Shown here: positions 21,823-33,231 of the stretch, one piece after another
How positions within the stretch are numbered: position 1 is the stretch's first letter
Layout of the letters: each line of letters opens with the position of its first letter
NCBI GenBank assembly: GCA_965240325.2
Contig: OZ251226.1
Coordinates: 1,178,001-1,242,000 of the forward strand
DNA length: 64,000 nt
Direction of reading: 5' to 3'
Origin: Rebecca billardiae RCC1528
Taxonomy: Eukaryota; Protista; Haptophyta
Notes under the pieces: model-generated
Seen by the model: only the letters and a program-made list of their open reading frames with translations
What the model was told of the DNA's origin: nothing
The model's database searches: none
Program-made: the position numbers and the translations under genes

Positions 21823-23002
21823 ATGCCGTACGACGCGAATGGCAAGGCGCAAGATGTCGCTAAGAGCGCGCACGAGCTGTCCCGTCACTGTGGCGCGGAG
21901 CCGCCGTACAACCCATCGTTTGTCGGCACGGTCTCAGCATTCCTTGTCCTTTGTCCCACATACTACGCGCTGATGGTTCCGTGTGCGCATTGGGTATGGG
22001 TGGTGGTGCCAAGTGCGCTGCTTGCAGTTGCCATCCCCTCGTGGATTTTCGTGGTCGGGTCCAACCCGGTCGACTTCTACTGCAGAGCAAACACGCAGGT
22101 GACGGGCGACAACATCAAATGGTGCAACCACTGCGCGTGCTACACATCACGGGATGTGCGCACAAAGCACTGCTACGACTGCCGGAAGTGCGTTCCAGGT
22201 ACGCCTGCGCACAGAGGCTCGCCCACCCCCTCGCTCCGTGCTCGCGCACGCGCGCGCGCCCCGCGCGCGGGTTGTGGTTGGTGGCTGAAGCGTCGTCGTG
22301 ACCGCCGCCGCGCGCCTCGCTGCCTCAGGCTTCGACCATCACTGCACGTACTTGCAGACATGCATCGGCAAGCACAACTACCCGGTGTTCTTCACGCTTC
22401 TCTCGACTGTGTGGCTGTGGGCGCTGACCATGACGATCTGCGATGTGCTCAACGCGCTGCCGATCGGCACCGCCGCTGTGGGCTCGCCTTTCAACCAGTG
22501 CAGCGCAGGCGTCTTCAGGTGAGCCCGCGTGCTCGCCGCGCGGCCGTGCGTGGGCGAGCGTGGGTGCCGCCGGACGACGCGACGCGTCCCATCTCACCCG
22601 GAGCTGATCGCTCCCGGTGCGCCCTCGCCCTCGCGCCGCGCCAGGACATGGTACCTGGCGCTGCTCTCGTTGCACGCACTGGGCTCGTGCGGTGGGTTTG
22701 CGGTCGTGACGTCGCTCCTCTCCTTCCACGTGATGATCTGCTTGAAGAAGCAGACGACGTACGAGTGGCTGGTGGAGGACATTCAGAAAAAGAAGCAGCG
22801 CGAGAGGAACGGGTACAAGTCTCCCTCGGAGCGAGCAAAGCTGTACGTGGCCGGTATCTTCGCCAAGGCGCGTGCCCCGAGAAGTACGTCCACGCGCACA
22901 GGCGGCACGAAGACGGTCGGCATCAGCGCAGCGCCGCCGCCGGAGGGTACGGGCCTCAAGGACGTTGCCATCGAGATGAACCACAACGGTGGCCAGAACT
23001 GA
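21823..23002 (+). CDS. DHHC protein S-acyltransferase (palmitoyltransferase)
   Basis: Splicing out 22199-22328 and 22519-22644 gives CNHC...[31 protein letters not shown] and TTYEW, plus TM helices. Confidence 0.92.
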
Positions 23003-23824
23003 GGGGTTCGTGCAGAGCCGTGCACCTGCGCACCTGCCGACGAGCGGGGAGCCGTTCGTCGATGCTATTCGTTCGTCGATCATAAGACATCATTATCTAT
23101 CGAGGCCCGAGTCGGGCGCTGCCAAGTGCCAGCCGACGCCGGCCGGCAGCCCCAGGCCCAGGGCCAGGCGACTTCACTGAGCTCAGCCCCGTTCACCCGC
23201 CTCCACCGCTGGCAGCACTGCTGGCTGGTTATTGGTCCGCGCCACTGCATGACTGTGACTGACTGAGGCTGAGCTGCTCCGTCACTCAGTCAGCAGGTTA
23301 GCATCGATGACGGTCCGACGACAGAGAGCGTCCTAGACTAGCCCGCCAGACCTAGAGCCTAGAGGAGTGCTAGACTCAGAGTAGACTCCTACTGGGGCTG
23401 GACTTGGAGTAGTCACTGATGAGTCTCCTACTCCTCACTCTCAGTATTCAGAGTCAAGTACTCTGTACTGTCTTAAAGGGCAAGGCTGGAACTTAAAATC
23501 TTAAATCTTAATTAAAAGGCTAAGTCGTAGTAAGTCGCTGAGACTAAGTAGACTGCCGCCGGGATCTTGACTGGCCAACGTCTGCGGACTGAGGAGTGAG
23601 TCGGGCTGAGTGAGCTCACTGAGCAGACAGCGACAGCAGACACCGCGTGGGGCCCGCAGACCCGCAGACCGGAGTCACTCGTCAGACTCGAAGTCAGGCG
23701 CCGCAGGGCGTGGGCGGACCCGCGCTGGGGCGCGCGGCCCGACAGCCTCGTGCCCGGCCGGCGCTGGAGAGCAGCCCGGTCGTACGACGAGCCGCTTCGA
23801 CCCAGCTGACGACCTAGCCCGCCT

Positions 23825-24986
23825 CTACCGGTTTCTGGTCTCCAAGTACTTGATCCATGCGTACCAGAAGCTCGAGATGAGTCCGATGAAGAGCCCGATC
23901 AGGTTGACCGTCGTGTACGTGGTGTTCACGAAGAGGAAAAGGCCAAGCGTCATCGTCACGAGCTTGGACATCTGCCCGGTGATCGAGGTGGTCACGCCTG
24001 AGTTGAGCGTCGTGCACAGGAACGTGGCGTAGTTCAAGATGAACGCCTACGGAGGGTGGGTGGTGCGCAAGGCGCGCGCGGATCGGTAAGTCCGCGAGGG
24101 CGGGCGGCAGCGAGGGCTGGGCCGAGGGGGTGCGCGCGCGGGCGGCGAACGTGGCGAATGCCATCACCTGAATGCACGAGCAGAAGAGGACGAGCAAGAA
24201 CTGCCAGTTCTTGATGTGCTCGTAGTCGAAGACCGCGCGCGAGTCGAAGTAGAGGTACGCCATGAGAAGGAACGGAAAGGAGCACAGGTTCATCAGGTAG
24301 AGTAGCTGCAAGTTGGACACCTGCAGCTGCGACTTTGTGACCTGGATGAGCAGCAGGTAGCCAGCGGTGCACAGGTTGTTGATGGTGACGCACGCGTACC
24401 CGATCGGGTTGAACTCGAGGTCGCTGACACCCGCGATGAGCGCCCCGGTCGTCATAACGAGCACCGAGGCCCACACGGGCCGAGACGCGTACTTGCGCAG
24501 CAGCGTGTGCTCACCAATCAGCACGATGAGCGTCGTCAGCCGGCGCAGCGTCGAGAACATCGGGATCGACATGTACTCGAGGGTGAAGATGCCCGAGAGC
24601 ACGTTGAGGCACCAGAATATGGCGAGTGGTAGCGCCACCGTCAGTATTCTTGCCGAGATGGCCGGCAGCTGCAGCGTGCCATGCGCGCCAATCAGCCGGA
24701 AGAGAATGAGCGAGCTCGTCACCTGCATGAGGGAGATCGTGATTGGATAGTCGAAGTGCCAGACGAAGAAGACGGCCTTGTTGAAGAAGGTGATGGTGAT
24801 GGATGTACCGCCATACAGCATGGCCGCGAGCAGCCCGCTCCGCCTGCTCTGCTCGGTGCTACTCGCCGCGGTGCGGTCGGCATGCGGCGATTTGGCCACG
24901 GGCGAGAACTCGCGCCCAGAATCGATGTCATCGGTCGACGAGAGAAGGCCCTGCGACTCGAGATCTTGGTCGGCTTGCTTGCGCAT
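23825..24986 (-). CDS. Nucleotide-sugar transporter, SLC35D/TPT-like
   Basis: ITFFNKAVF, MSIPMFSTLRR, TTLNSGVTTSITGQMSK; multiple TM helices; intron 24047-24167. Confidence 0.9.
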
Positions 24987-25258
24987 CCTCGACACCTTCC
25001 ACGCGCTCGAGGCACCGCCGTGCCTCTCTTCCTCGGCCGGGGCGCTGATGTTGCCGGGCGTTGACGCACCAGCGCTGCGCCTGTCTCTTGCGGAGGTCAA
25101 CCAGCGCGCACAGATGCGACTCGGGCGCCCGGACTCTCTCACCCGAGTACGACGTGCCGGCGCAGGACTTTCAACTTGCCAGCTCAGCGCAACGCCGCCG
25201 CCGGCGCGGACTTCGCAGTCGGGACCCAACTACCGCGGCCGCGACAAGCACACGTACT

Positions 25259-26189
25259 ATGCGGACCATCGTGTTTCTCGGCGCGATCGCGCTCGCGCGC
25301 GCGGGTGAGGTGACGGTGCTCACGGAGAAGACGTTCGACTCCACGGTGTACGAGTCTGGCAAGAGTGTCTTTGTGCGCGCTCGCTCTCGTGCCCCACCTC
25401 TGCCGGCAGCCGGTCATTCCGACTGCCCCCTGCTCGCCCAACCAAGTGGCCGCGGGGGCGCGCGCACGCGCGGCTGACGGGTCCTCGGTGCGCGCCCATC
25501 CCGCCGCCCCCCTTGCTGCAATGCAGGTCAAGTTCTACGCCCCATGGTGCGTTCAAGAGACTTGCGCGCCGCCACGCCTGCGCGGCGCGCGCGGCCTGGA
25601 GGCGTTGCGCGAGCACACGCATGGGCTCTGCTGACGACTCGCGTGTGCTTCGCCCTCCGCCCACGTGCGCAGGTGTGGTCACTGCAAGGCGATGAAGCCT
25701 GCATGGGACCAGCTCGGTGGTGAGTTCACTGATCATGCGAACGTGGTGGTCGCCGACATCGACTGCACCGTCGAGAAGTCGCTGTGCTCCAAGCACGGCG
25801 TCAAGGGCTACCCGACCGTCAAGTACTACATGCAGGACGACGGCACGGACTACAAGGGCGGGCGCGACTTCGACACGCTCAAGAAGTTCACGGAGGAGAC
25901 GCTGACCAAGCCGATCTGCAACTCGGACAACAAGTCCGCGTGCACGCCGGAGGACCTTGCTGAGCTCGAGAAGTACGAGAAGATGAGCCCGGAGGAGCGC
26001 AAGGCTGAGGTCGATCGGATCGAGAAGGAGGTGAAGGCGGCGAACGATGCGCACGAGAGCCTGCTGGAGAGCCTGCAAAAGCAGTACGAGGAGAGCAAGA
26101 AGGAGACGGAGGAGACCACCGCCACGCTCTCGAAGCCGCTCCGGTACCTCAAGAAGATTAAGGATGGGAGCGGGAAGGACGAGCTCTGA
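25259..26189 (+). CDS. Single-thioredoxin-domain protein disulfide isomerase-like ER protein
   Basis: Signal peptide. Exons 25259-25372, 25527-25546 and 25673-26189 give VFVKFYAPWCGHCK and GVKGYPT, then a helical tail ending in KDEL. Confidence 0.93.
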
Positions 26190-27137
26190 GCAGCTCGAGT
26201 TGGGGCTGACGTGACAGCACAGCGCTGAGGGCTGCCACGCTGGCATGGCCGTGCTCTGCGCAGACGGGCTACTCGTGCATCGCGCACAGCCGGTCTGACT
26301 TGAACGAGAGCCGGTCACGGGGTTCACTCAGGCGGTTGCGACCGAGCACCGGCGTCACTGCACCGTCGATTGTCGATTGACCGCCCACGGCTCAACTAAA
26401 TGGCCGCGTGCGCGCGCACCATCTGACGACATATCTGTCGTCCATCATCCATCCCATGTATACTGATGATGACATCAATATGCCGTGACAGTCGATCCGT
26501 CACTGTCTGTACTTTCACTTTTCAGCAGTTTCAGCTAGTCGCATTAAAGTGGCTTACACTTACAGTTACCGTAGTTACTGTGACTGTCACTGGCAGTGTC
26601 AGTTAATACTATAATACTGCTGCTAAGGCTGAGGGACTAAGCGGTAAGTGAGCCGGGTAAGCCTACCGTGCTCGGACCGGGGCACCGGACCGATACAGTC
26701 GACGATAAAGTCCGATTATTGCCGGATGATTAATCAGCCGCATCGTATCGTCAATGACAATGGTCAACTGACACTCTGACAGCGCCTTGATTTTCTGATT
26801 TAGGGCATTTAGCAGCCGCGTAGTCATCACGGCGTTAGTCGCGTGACACCATTCATCACATAAATTATGATGAGTATGCTGTATGATGTACGGTCAACCA
26901 TCATGAGTTGGACCATCATCCGCCGATGACTTCGTATTCGGAGTCTTCGGACCGGAGTCCGGACCGGCGACGGCCCGCGGCGGGACGGAGACCGAGACGC
27001 CAGACGTGAGACGGCCGTCCCGGAGACTCGGAGTGCCAGGCAAGGGCGCCCGTTAGTTTTCGTCACCGTCTACTTTCAGTGATGGCCGAGCCTTGACCTT
27101 TATCAACTGTGACGATATATATACGTAGTCTGATTGA

Positions 27138-28529
27138 TCATGGGTCGCCGTTGGCGGTTGCCAGAACGACCGACGAGCTCGATTTGCTCGTCATCGACGT
27201 GATGATCATCATAGGCGGCAGTGCCACACCTGCTGGCAGCGGTTGCCCACGCACACCGGTCCTCGAAGGCGATTCACGTCCCTGGCGGCTCCAGCCCGAG
27301 CGGCCCCTGTGCGAGCTGTCCTCCTCGCGCCAGTGAACAATGGGCACCATCTCGGCGGAGGACATGGGGCCCGTACCAGCTGTTGATCTTGCGTTGGATG
27401 CCTCGGCCCCGCGCCATCCATGGGAGAGACACCCAACCCAACCACCTGTTGCGTTAGCGCAGCAAGGGCTGTCGCCCGCGCCGTGCATGAGTGCACGGAC
27501 CTGCGCGTGATAGAAGCCACCCAGTGAGACGAGGACGAGACTCATGCCGAATTTGAAGAAGACACTTGCGCTCGACGGTGTGCACAGCGCAATGATGACC
27601 ATGGAGCCGGCATGGGAGTAGAGGGCGGCGATGTTGGACATGAATTTGAACGTGACGCTGATCAGGATGCCACTCACCGACTGCGTCAAGAGCACACCCC
27701 ACGCGAGGCGGTCGTCCCACGGGAAGAAGGCGCTCGTGCCCGCCGATGCATCCGGCATGAGCACCGTGCGGCGCACGAGCAGCACGAGCGCGTTCAGGGC
27801 GAATCCCCAGCAGTAGAGCACGACGTTCTGGCAGTAGAGCGATGCGCTCGAGCCGGCCCGTAGCCCCTTGAGCAGCTTCTCCTCGACGACGTTCGCTCCG
27901 CTCGTGAGTGAGCACGCGAAGAGCGTGCACGCCAGGCCGAGCGCGAGGCTGGGGTTGCTCTCCAGCAGTGCGCACGCCTCCTCGTCGCACACCTCCTGCA
28001 CGGAGCCGCTGAAGCTGAGCTCGAGCAGATCCCAGCGCGAGACCGTCACGCCAACAGCAAGCAGGAAGAGTGCGCCCCACTGCTCCGGCCCGAGCATGCG
28101 CTTGAGCACGAGCCGCAGCATGACGGCGGTGATGAGGATCTTCACGTTCCACACCACGGCCAGCGTGGCTGCGTCGATGTATCGCAGGATGACGAAGACG
28201 AAGTTGTTCTCCACGCAGTACAGGATGGCGGGCAGCGCGAAGAGAGCGCTCTCACGCCGACTCGGCCACGAACGAGACGGTAGCGCGCTTGCCAAGATGC
28301 AAGAGAGTGCCAGTTTTGAGAGCTCGACAAGCATGATGAGCGAGAAGGTCGAGTACTGCAGCCGGCCGTCGACGGCGACGGCGACAGCCTGGGCCTGTAT
28401 CAAGCTCTTCGCCGCAGTGACGCTGGCCAGGCAGGTGCACACGCCAAAGGCCACCGGACATGCGAGCTGAGCAGGAGTGGCAGGCTTGCTCGATGCCGGC
28501 GCCGCAGTGCTGCCGCCGCCATCGTCCAT
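27138..28529 (-). CDS. Nucleotide-sugar transporter, SLC35A (CMP-sialic acid/UDP-Gal-like)
   Basis: VELSKL, FALPAILYCVENNFVF, NVKILITA, QWGALFLL, ANVVEEKLLK, QNVVLY. Confidence 0.88.
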   Translation of the reverse strand: MDDGGGSTAAPASSKPATPAQLACPVAFGVCTCLASVTAAKSLIQAQAVAVAVDGRLQYSTFSLIMLVELSKLALSCILASALPSRSWPSRRESALFALPAILYCVENNFVFVILRYIDAATLAVVWNVKILITAVMLRLVLKRMLGPEQWGALFLLAVGVTVSRWDLLELSFSGSVQEVCDEEACALLESNPSLALGLACTLFACSLTSGANVVEEKLLKGLRAGSSASLYCQNVVLYCWGFALNALVLLVRRTVLMPDASAGTSAFFPWDDRLAWGVLLTQSVSGILISVTFKFMSNIAALYSHAGSMVIIALCTPSSASVFFKFGMSLVLVSLGGFYHAQVRALMHGAGDSPCCANATGGWVGCLSHGWRGAEASNARSTAGTGPMSSAEMVPIVHWREEDSSHRGRSGWSRQGRESPSRTGVRGQPLPAGVALPPMMIITSMTSKSSSSVVLATANGDP

Positions 28530-28728
28530 TGATGCGCACGTTTGATCAGCTGTTGGGCTTGAGGAGCTCCGAATCCGGATGAGTTTCAAGCTGTCCGGCC
28601 AGGAACATGCCATCGACTTTTCCCAATCGGGCAATCGGCATATTTTTAGCGTGCAGTTTGGCCGTTTATCCATCAAGGTCTCGTCAGTCGTCACTGTCAG
28701 CCATCAACCGCCGGTGCGTCGTGACGGC

Positions 28729-30951
28729 ATGGAGACAGCCGGCGATGCCGAGCACGGGGCGGAGAAGGAGGTGCTCTTGAAGCTGCTTGCCCACCTGCGC
28801 AAGAAGGCCAAGCGGGACAAGGACACGGCCGCCGCCAAGCAGGGCGAGCTCGTCGCCATCGTGCGCATCCTTGCCGACGAGCTGAGAACGGCCGATTCCG
28901 AGCACGTGCGCGCGACTGCAGCGGTGCCGCCACCCAACCCTTCTCCAGCCCCCCAGGGCGTCGTGCGGGCGGCGAGCGCGGGCGTGGTCAACTCTCCGCG
29001 CGAGATGCGGGCGGATGACCTCATACCTGACGCCCTCGCGGCGGCCGAGAACAAGCCCAAGGGCCGGCCGAAGATTGTGTACGTGAAGCGCACGCGCGAC
29101 ACGTACGCGCGCGCGGTCGACGTTGACGAGGTGGAGCGCCTGCGCCGCGAGGCGCAGGCGCGGGACCTCGAGCTCGCGGAGGCACGCTCGCGCGCGGAAG
29201 CGGCCGAGGCCGCCAGGCGAGACCTATCGTCCGAGCTTACGTCCGCGCGCGCGCTCGCAGATCACTCGCGCGCCGAGCTCGCGGAGGCGCGCGCACGCCT
29301 CGACACGGCGGAGGCGGCCCGGCGGGAGCTGTCGTCCGAGCTCGAGTCCGGGCGCAAGCTCTCGGAGCGCGCGCGCGCGGCGGAGGCCGAGGCCAAGCGC
29401 CAGCTCGTGCTGCTCTCGCACGCACACGCGGCGGAGCTGGAGACGCAGCGGCGCGAGTTGAGCGCCGAGCTGGGCGCGAGGCAGGACACAGAGCTCGCGC
29501 GCGCGCGCGCCGAGCTCGAGCGTGCAAGGGCGCGCGCGGCGGAGGCTGAGCGCGCGTCGAGCGAGGCAGCGGCGGCGCGCGTCGTCGCAGCCGCCGCCGT
29601 GGGCACGCAGGCGGCGATCTGCGTGGCGGACGAGGCGTGCGGCCCCGACGGCGCCGAGTCGGCCTCGGCGGACGCGCACGCAGCCGCCGCGGCGCGCGCT
29701 GCGCTGGAGGCGACACAGGCTGAGCTGCAGTGCTGCCAGTCGCAGCTGGGGCGCTTCGAGCTGCAAGCCGCGAACGCCGAGGCGCGCGTCGAGGCGGTGC
29801 GCTCCGAGTGCGCCGTGCGCGAGCGCCGCGCCGCGGGCGAGCTCGAGCAGACTAAGGCGGACGCTGCGAGCGCGGCGCGCGCGGCCGAGACGCGCGAGGC
29901 GCAAATCCGCGAGCTCCGACGCCGGCTGGACAACTCTCTGCTGGAGCGCGACCGTTTCGCCGAGGCGAACACCGAGCTGCAGACGCGGCTGGCGACGGTC
30001 GACGCGCAGTGCACGCTGCTGCGCTCGACGATGGCGCGCTCGCGCTCGTTCGGGGAGCAGCGCGCGGCACCGCCCGCCCCCAAGCCCTCGGTCGGCACGT
30101 CAGCGGACTTGGGCGCCGAGGCTGATGCGGCGCGTGCGCTCCGGCTGCTGCGCCAGCAGTCGAGTGCGCACGAGGTGCAGCTGGGGCTGCTCGCCGCGGA
30201 GCTGGCGCGCGGAGAGCGCGCCGCGAGTGAGCGGGCGTCCGCTGCGCCGGTCGCCTCGGCGCCAGCCGCGACACCCGCTCACGCCCCGCCGCCGGCCGTG
30301 GCGGTGCACGAGGTCGCAACCTCCTCAGGCGACCTGCATCTCGATCTCGATCTCGATCTGGAGATGCGACCGCCGGCGGCGGCAGCGCTCCGGGTGTCGT
30401 GCGGCGCGCCGCACGCGTGCCAGGCGGCGTGGCCCTCGCCGCCGGCGCGCACGAGCTCGGCGAGGGAGGAGCCTACCCCGCCGCCGGTGCCCGCGCCACC
30501 CCTGCGCTCCTGCTCCGCAACGGAGAGCTCGCCTCCGCCGCCGGCCCACGCGCCGGCCAGCGCGCACCGCCACGATCGTGTGGAGCGGTTTGCGGCGCGC
30601 CGCGCGGCGGCAGCCGCCGCCGCGGAGCGTGCCGTGCGGGCCGACCGCGAGGGAGATCTCCACGGCAGCTGCTCGTCGAGCCAGGCGCTCCAAGCCACTC
30701 GCGTCGGCGAGGCAGCCTACGAGCCTGTCGCCGTGGCCGATGCCAAGGTGCGGCCGCGCTGTGCCCGCGCGCGGGCCACCGCCCTCCGTGGCTCAACCCG
30801 CGCGTGCCCGCCCCGCGCCGCCCGTCACTGGCAGGTGGGCGCCGGAGCAGTCACATCCGCTGCAGGGCCCGCGGCAATCCACACGGCAACGCGCCGACCG
30901 GGACGTGGCGGCCTGCTTTCGAGCATCGCTTCTTTCTTCTCGCGCAAGTAG
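28729..30951 (+). CDS. Coiled-coil protein of unknown function
   Basis: Long Ala/Glu/Arg heptad region; probable in-frame 87-nt intron at 30748-30834. Confidence 0.7.
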   Translation: METAGDAEHGAEKEVLLKLLAHLRKKAKRDKDTAAAKQGELVAIVRILADELRTADSEHVRATAAVPPPNPSPAPQGVVRAASAGVVNSPREMRADDLIPDALAAAENKPKGRPKIVYVKRTRDTYARAVDVDEVERLRREAQARDLELAEARSRAEAAEAARRDLSSELTSARALADHSRAELAEARARLDTAEAARRELSSELESGRKLSERARAAEAEAKRQLVLLSHAHAAELETQRRELSAELGARQDTELARARAELERARARAAEAERASSEAAAARVVAAAAVGTQAAICVADEACGPDGAESASADAHAAAAARAALEATQAELQCCQSQLGRFELQAANAEARVEAVRSECAVRERRAAGELEQTKADAASAARAAETREAQIRELRRRLDNSLLERDRFAEANTELQTRLATVDAQCTLLRSTMARSRSFGEQRAAPPAPKPSVGTSADLGAEADAARALRLLRQQSSAHEVQLGLLAAELARGERAASERASAAPVASAPAATPAHAPPPAVAVHEVATSSGDLHLDLDLDLEMRPPAAAALRVSCGAPHACQAAWPSPPARTSSAREEPTPPPVPAPPLRSCSATESSPPPPAHAPASAHRHDRVERFAARRAAAAAAAERAVRADREGDLHGSCSSSQALQATRVGEAAYEPVAVADAKVRPRCARARATALRGSTRACPPRAARHWQVGAGAVTSAAGPAAIHTATRRPGRGGLLSSIASFFSRK

Positions 30952-31130
30952 TACCCCCATAGCCTCGTCCGGAGATGAGGCTGGGCCGGGGGGAGAGCCG
31001 GAGACGGCGCCGCCGACTCCATTGTGACAATGTGACTCAGTCCATTGTGCCCGGTGCCGCCCGTCCGCGTCCGGTTGACGAACGGACCTGGGCGTGAATT
31101 CTGATTGCTTGCCCCTGCGCACAAGCGCTG

Positions 31131-33026
31131 ATGCACAATGGTCCAGAGGCCTCCACTGGCGTACTACGGACCTGGCAGGCCAACACTGTGCCTGCCTACT
31201 ACATACTCCACCACGGATATGAGTTCCTGCAGCCTGCTGCCTTGCGAGACCCGACGTTGCTCTCTGTGCGATTCCAGTCGGGGGCGGCATTTAGCGATGC
31301 CTGCCCCCTCTGCGATCATGCTCCACTGCTACATCCAGCGCCAGATACTGAGCACCGCCTCTTCTCTGAGTGCCCTGAGGTCGATGCCTACCGAATGGCT
31401 GCTGCCAGAAGCGTATCGCATGTAATTGAGCCATTCATGCAGGGACAGGCTGCAGCATGGAACTTGGCACGTCACGTGTGCTCTGGGGCTGCTCTCATGG
31501 GCAGGGTGCCCAGCACACTGAAGACCACTGTGGGGGGCAACGTGCATCTCGGCAGGACCATGCACGTGGCCTTACTGAAGGCAGGGCTAGGCATCATGCA
31601 GGCCCGCAAGGACGTGGACTCCCAGCTGTCGAAGGCAGGACGTCTCCTTCGACATGCCAGGGAGCTTCGGCCGCCGCCTGGGCACGGCCCAGGGGGGCAG
31701 CCCCCACCCCCACAGGCACAGGCAGGCCCAGGAGGGGCGATTGCCATGAATAATCAGTTGCAAGGACCACCTGTCATCCAGCAGCAACCCCCTGCCCAGG
31801 CTGGCCAGGGCTGGCAGGCAGGCGCGGGGCAGGCCAACCTGCACCAGCCCATAGCGCGCGGTCACCACGTGCGCCCCCAGTCACTCTCGCAGGCGTGGCC
31901 CCTTCAGCGTGCTCGCCCCCTCCCTATGGTGATTGCGTGGCCTCTGCAGCCTGCCACACCTCTTGTGGCATGGCCGCTCCAATATGCCACCCCGCTGGCT
32001 CGCAGCAATGTGGGTCCGCCGGACAATATGTTGACACATGGGGGCCCTGAGATGGAGGCAGACCCGGCTGCTGGCAGTCACACTGGTAACGGAGCTCACA
32101 GCGACCTTACACAGTCAGACACTGGACAGCAGGCCGCACAGCCGCCTGCTGGCTCTGCCAGGCCACCGGCAGCCCCCAGGCGCGGGCTGCCTCCTCCTAG
32201 TCAAGCGCAGCAGGACAGCCCCCCGCCCAAACGACACTGCCCACCCCACCAGGCAAATGTGCCGCAGCGGAGCACGCTACCCCCTGCACAGCGCAGCAGG
32301 AAGAGGCGAGCGAACGACACCTCCCCAGGCGTATTAGCCATCGCCACCACTTTGCTTGCTTCCTACAGCGGCCCACGCCCGGACTTGATGCCCGATGTAG
32401 CACACATGTCTGACATGACCCCCTCTGCCTCCATAGCTGCACGAGTGAAATACAGGCGCCTCGCTGCCAGGGCCAGTGGCCCAGACCCCTGCCCAGCTAC
32501 TGGGCTCGATGACAGTCCCCTCAGCTCCCTTCCCCGCGCAGGGATCGGCTAGTGGCTGGCCCTCTGCCCACACTGGGGCACCCTAGGGGGTGCCCCTGCT
32601 GCCGACTCGGCTCAAACTCGATGATCTTGAATTGCAAGGCCGTACACTGCTTGTACCTGGGACCACCCCACAGTGTTGGGCTCGTATGCTGTTGGCAATG
32701 GCATACCCCCGCCCCCTCTGGAGGCGGGCTGTCCACAGTGGAGTGGTGTCAAGACACTAGGTGTCTCGGTCAGTGGTTTGAGGTTGGGTGAGGGTGGTGG
32801 TTGGTTGGGGGCTGGCCAGGGTAGGGCTGGAGGCTTCGGCCGCCAGCCTGATCACCCGGAGCCCGTTATAAAGGGGAATTTAAAATAAAAAAGGTACTAG
32901 TAGTTGTCTCGGTCAGTGGTTTGAGGTTGGGTGAGGGTGGTGGTTGGTTGGGGGCTGGCCAGGGTAGGGCTGGAGGCTTCGGCCGCCAGCCTGATCACCC
33001 GGAGCCCGTTATAAAGGGGAATTTAA
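31131..33026 (+). mobile_element. 5'-truncated non-LTR retrotransposon (ORF2 C-terminus plus 3' UTR) with a tandem second 3' end
   Basis: CPLC-x13-H-x5-C knuckle (CPLC...DTEHRLFSECP) typical of LINE ORF2 C-termini; visibly CpG-poorer than the host genes; G-rich 3' UTR, stem-loop and A-rich tail; 32762-32883 is repeated at 32905-33026. No RT domain is present and the 5' boundary is uncertain. Confidence 0.7.
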
Positions 33027-33231
33027 TAATAGTAGCAATCTTTTACTCATGTACATAACTTTTATAAGTATTGTACCCGCAAATGACGGCAGGTCACCTC
33101 ACTACCAGCAAGCTACCAGTGTACGGATCATCACAGCCCCAAACCGAAAGGGCCGCACCCAGCCCAGTACGATACGGCTCACAGGAAGGGGGGCGCGCCC
33201 GTGCTCTTTCCGTGCGCGCACCGCGGGGCGC

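Noticed and set aside
26375-26420. SECIS-like TGAC-stem-AA hairpin downstream of the PDI gene
   Set aside because: It has no 3' GA of the non-canonical quartet, the stem is mismatched, and the gene encodes TGT rather than TGA.
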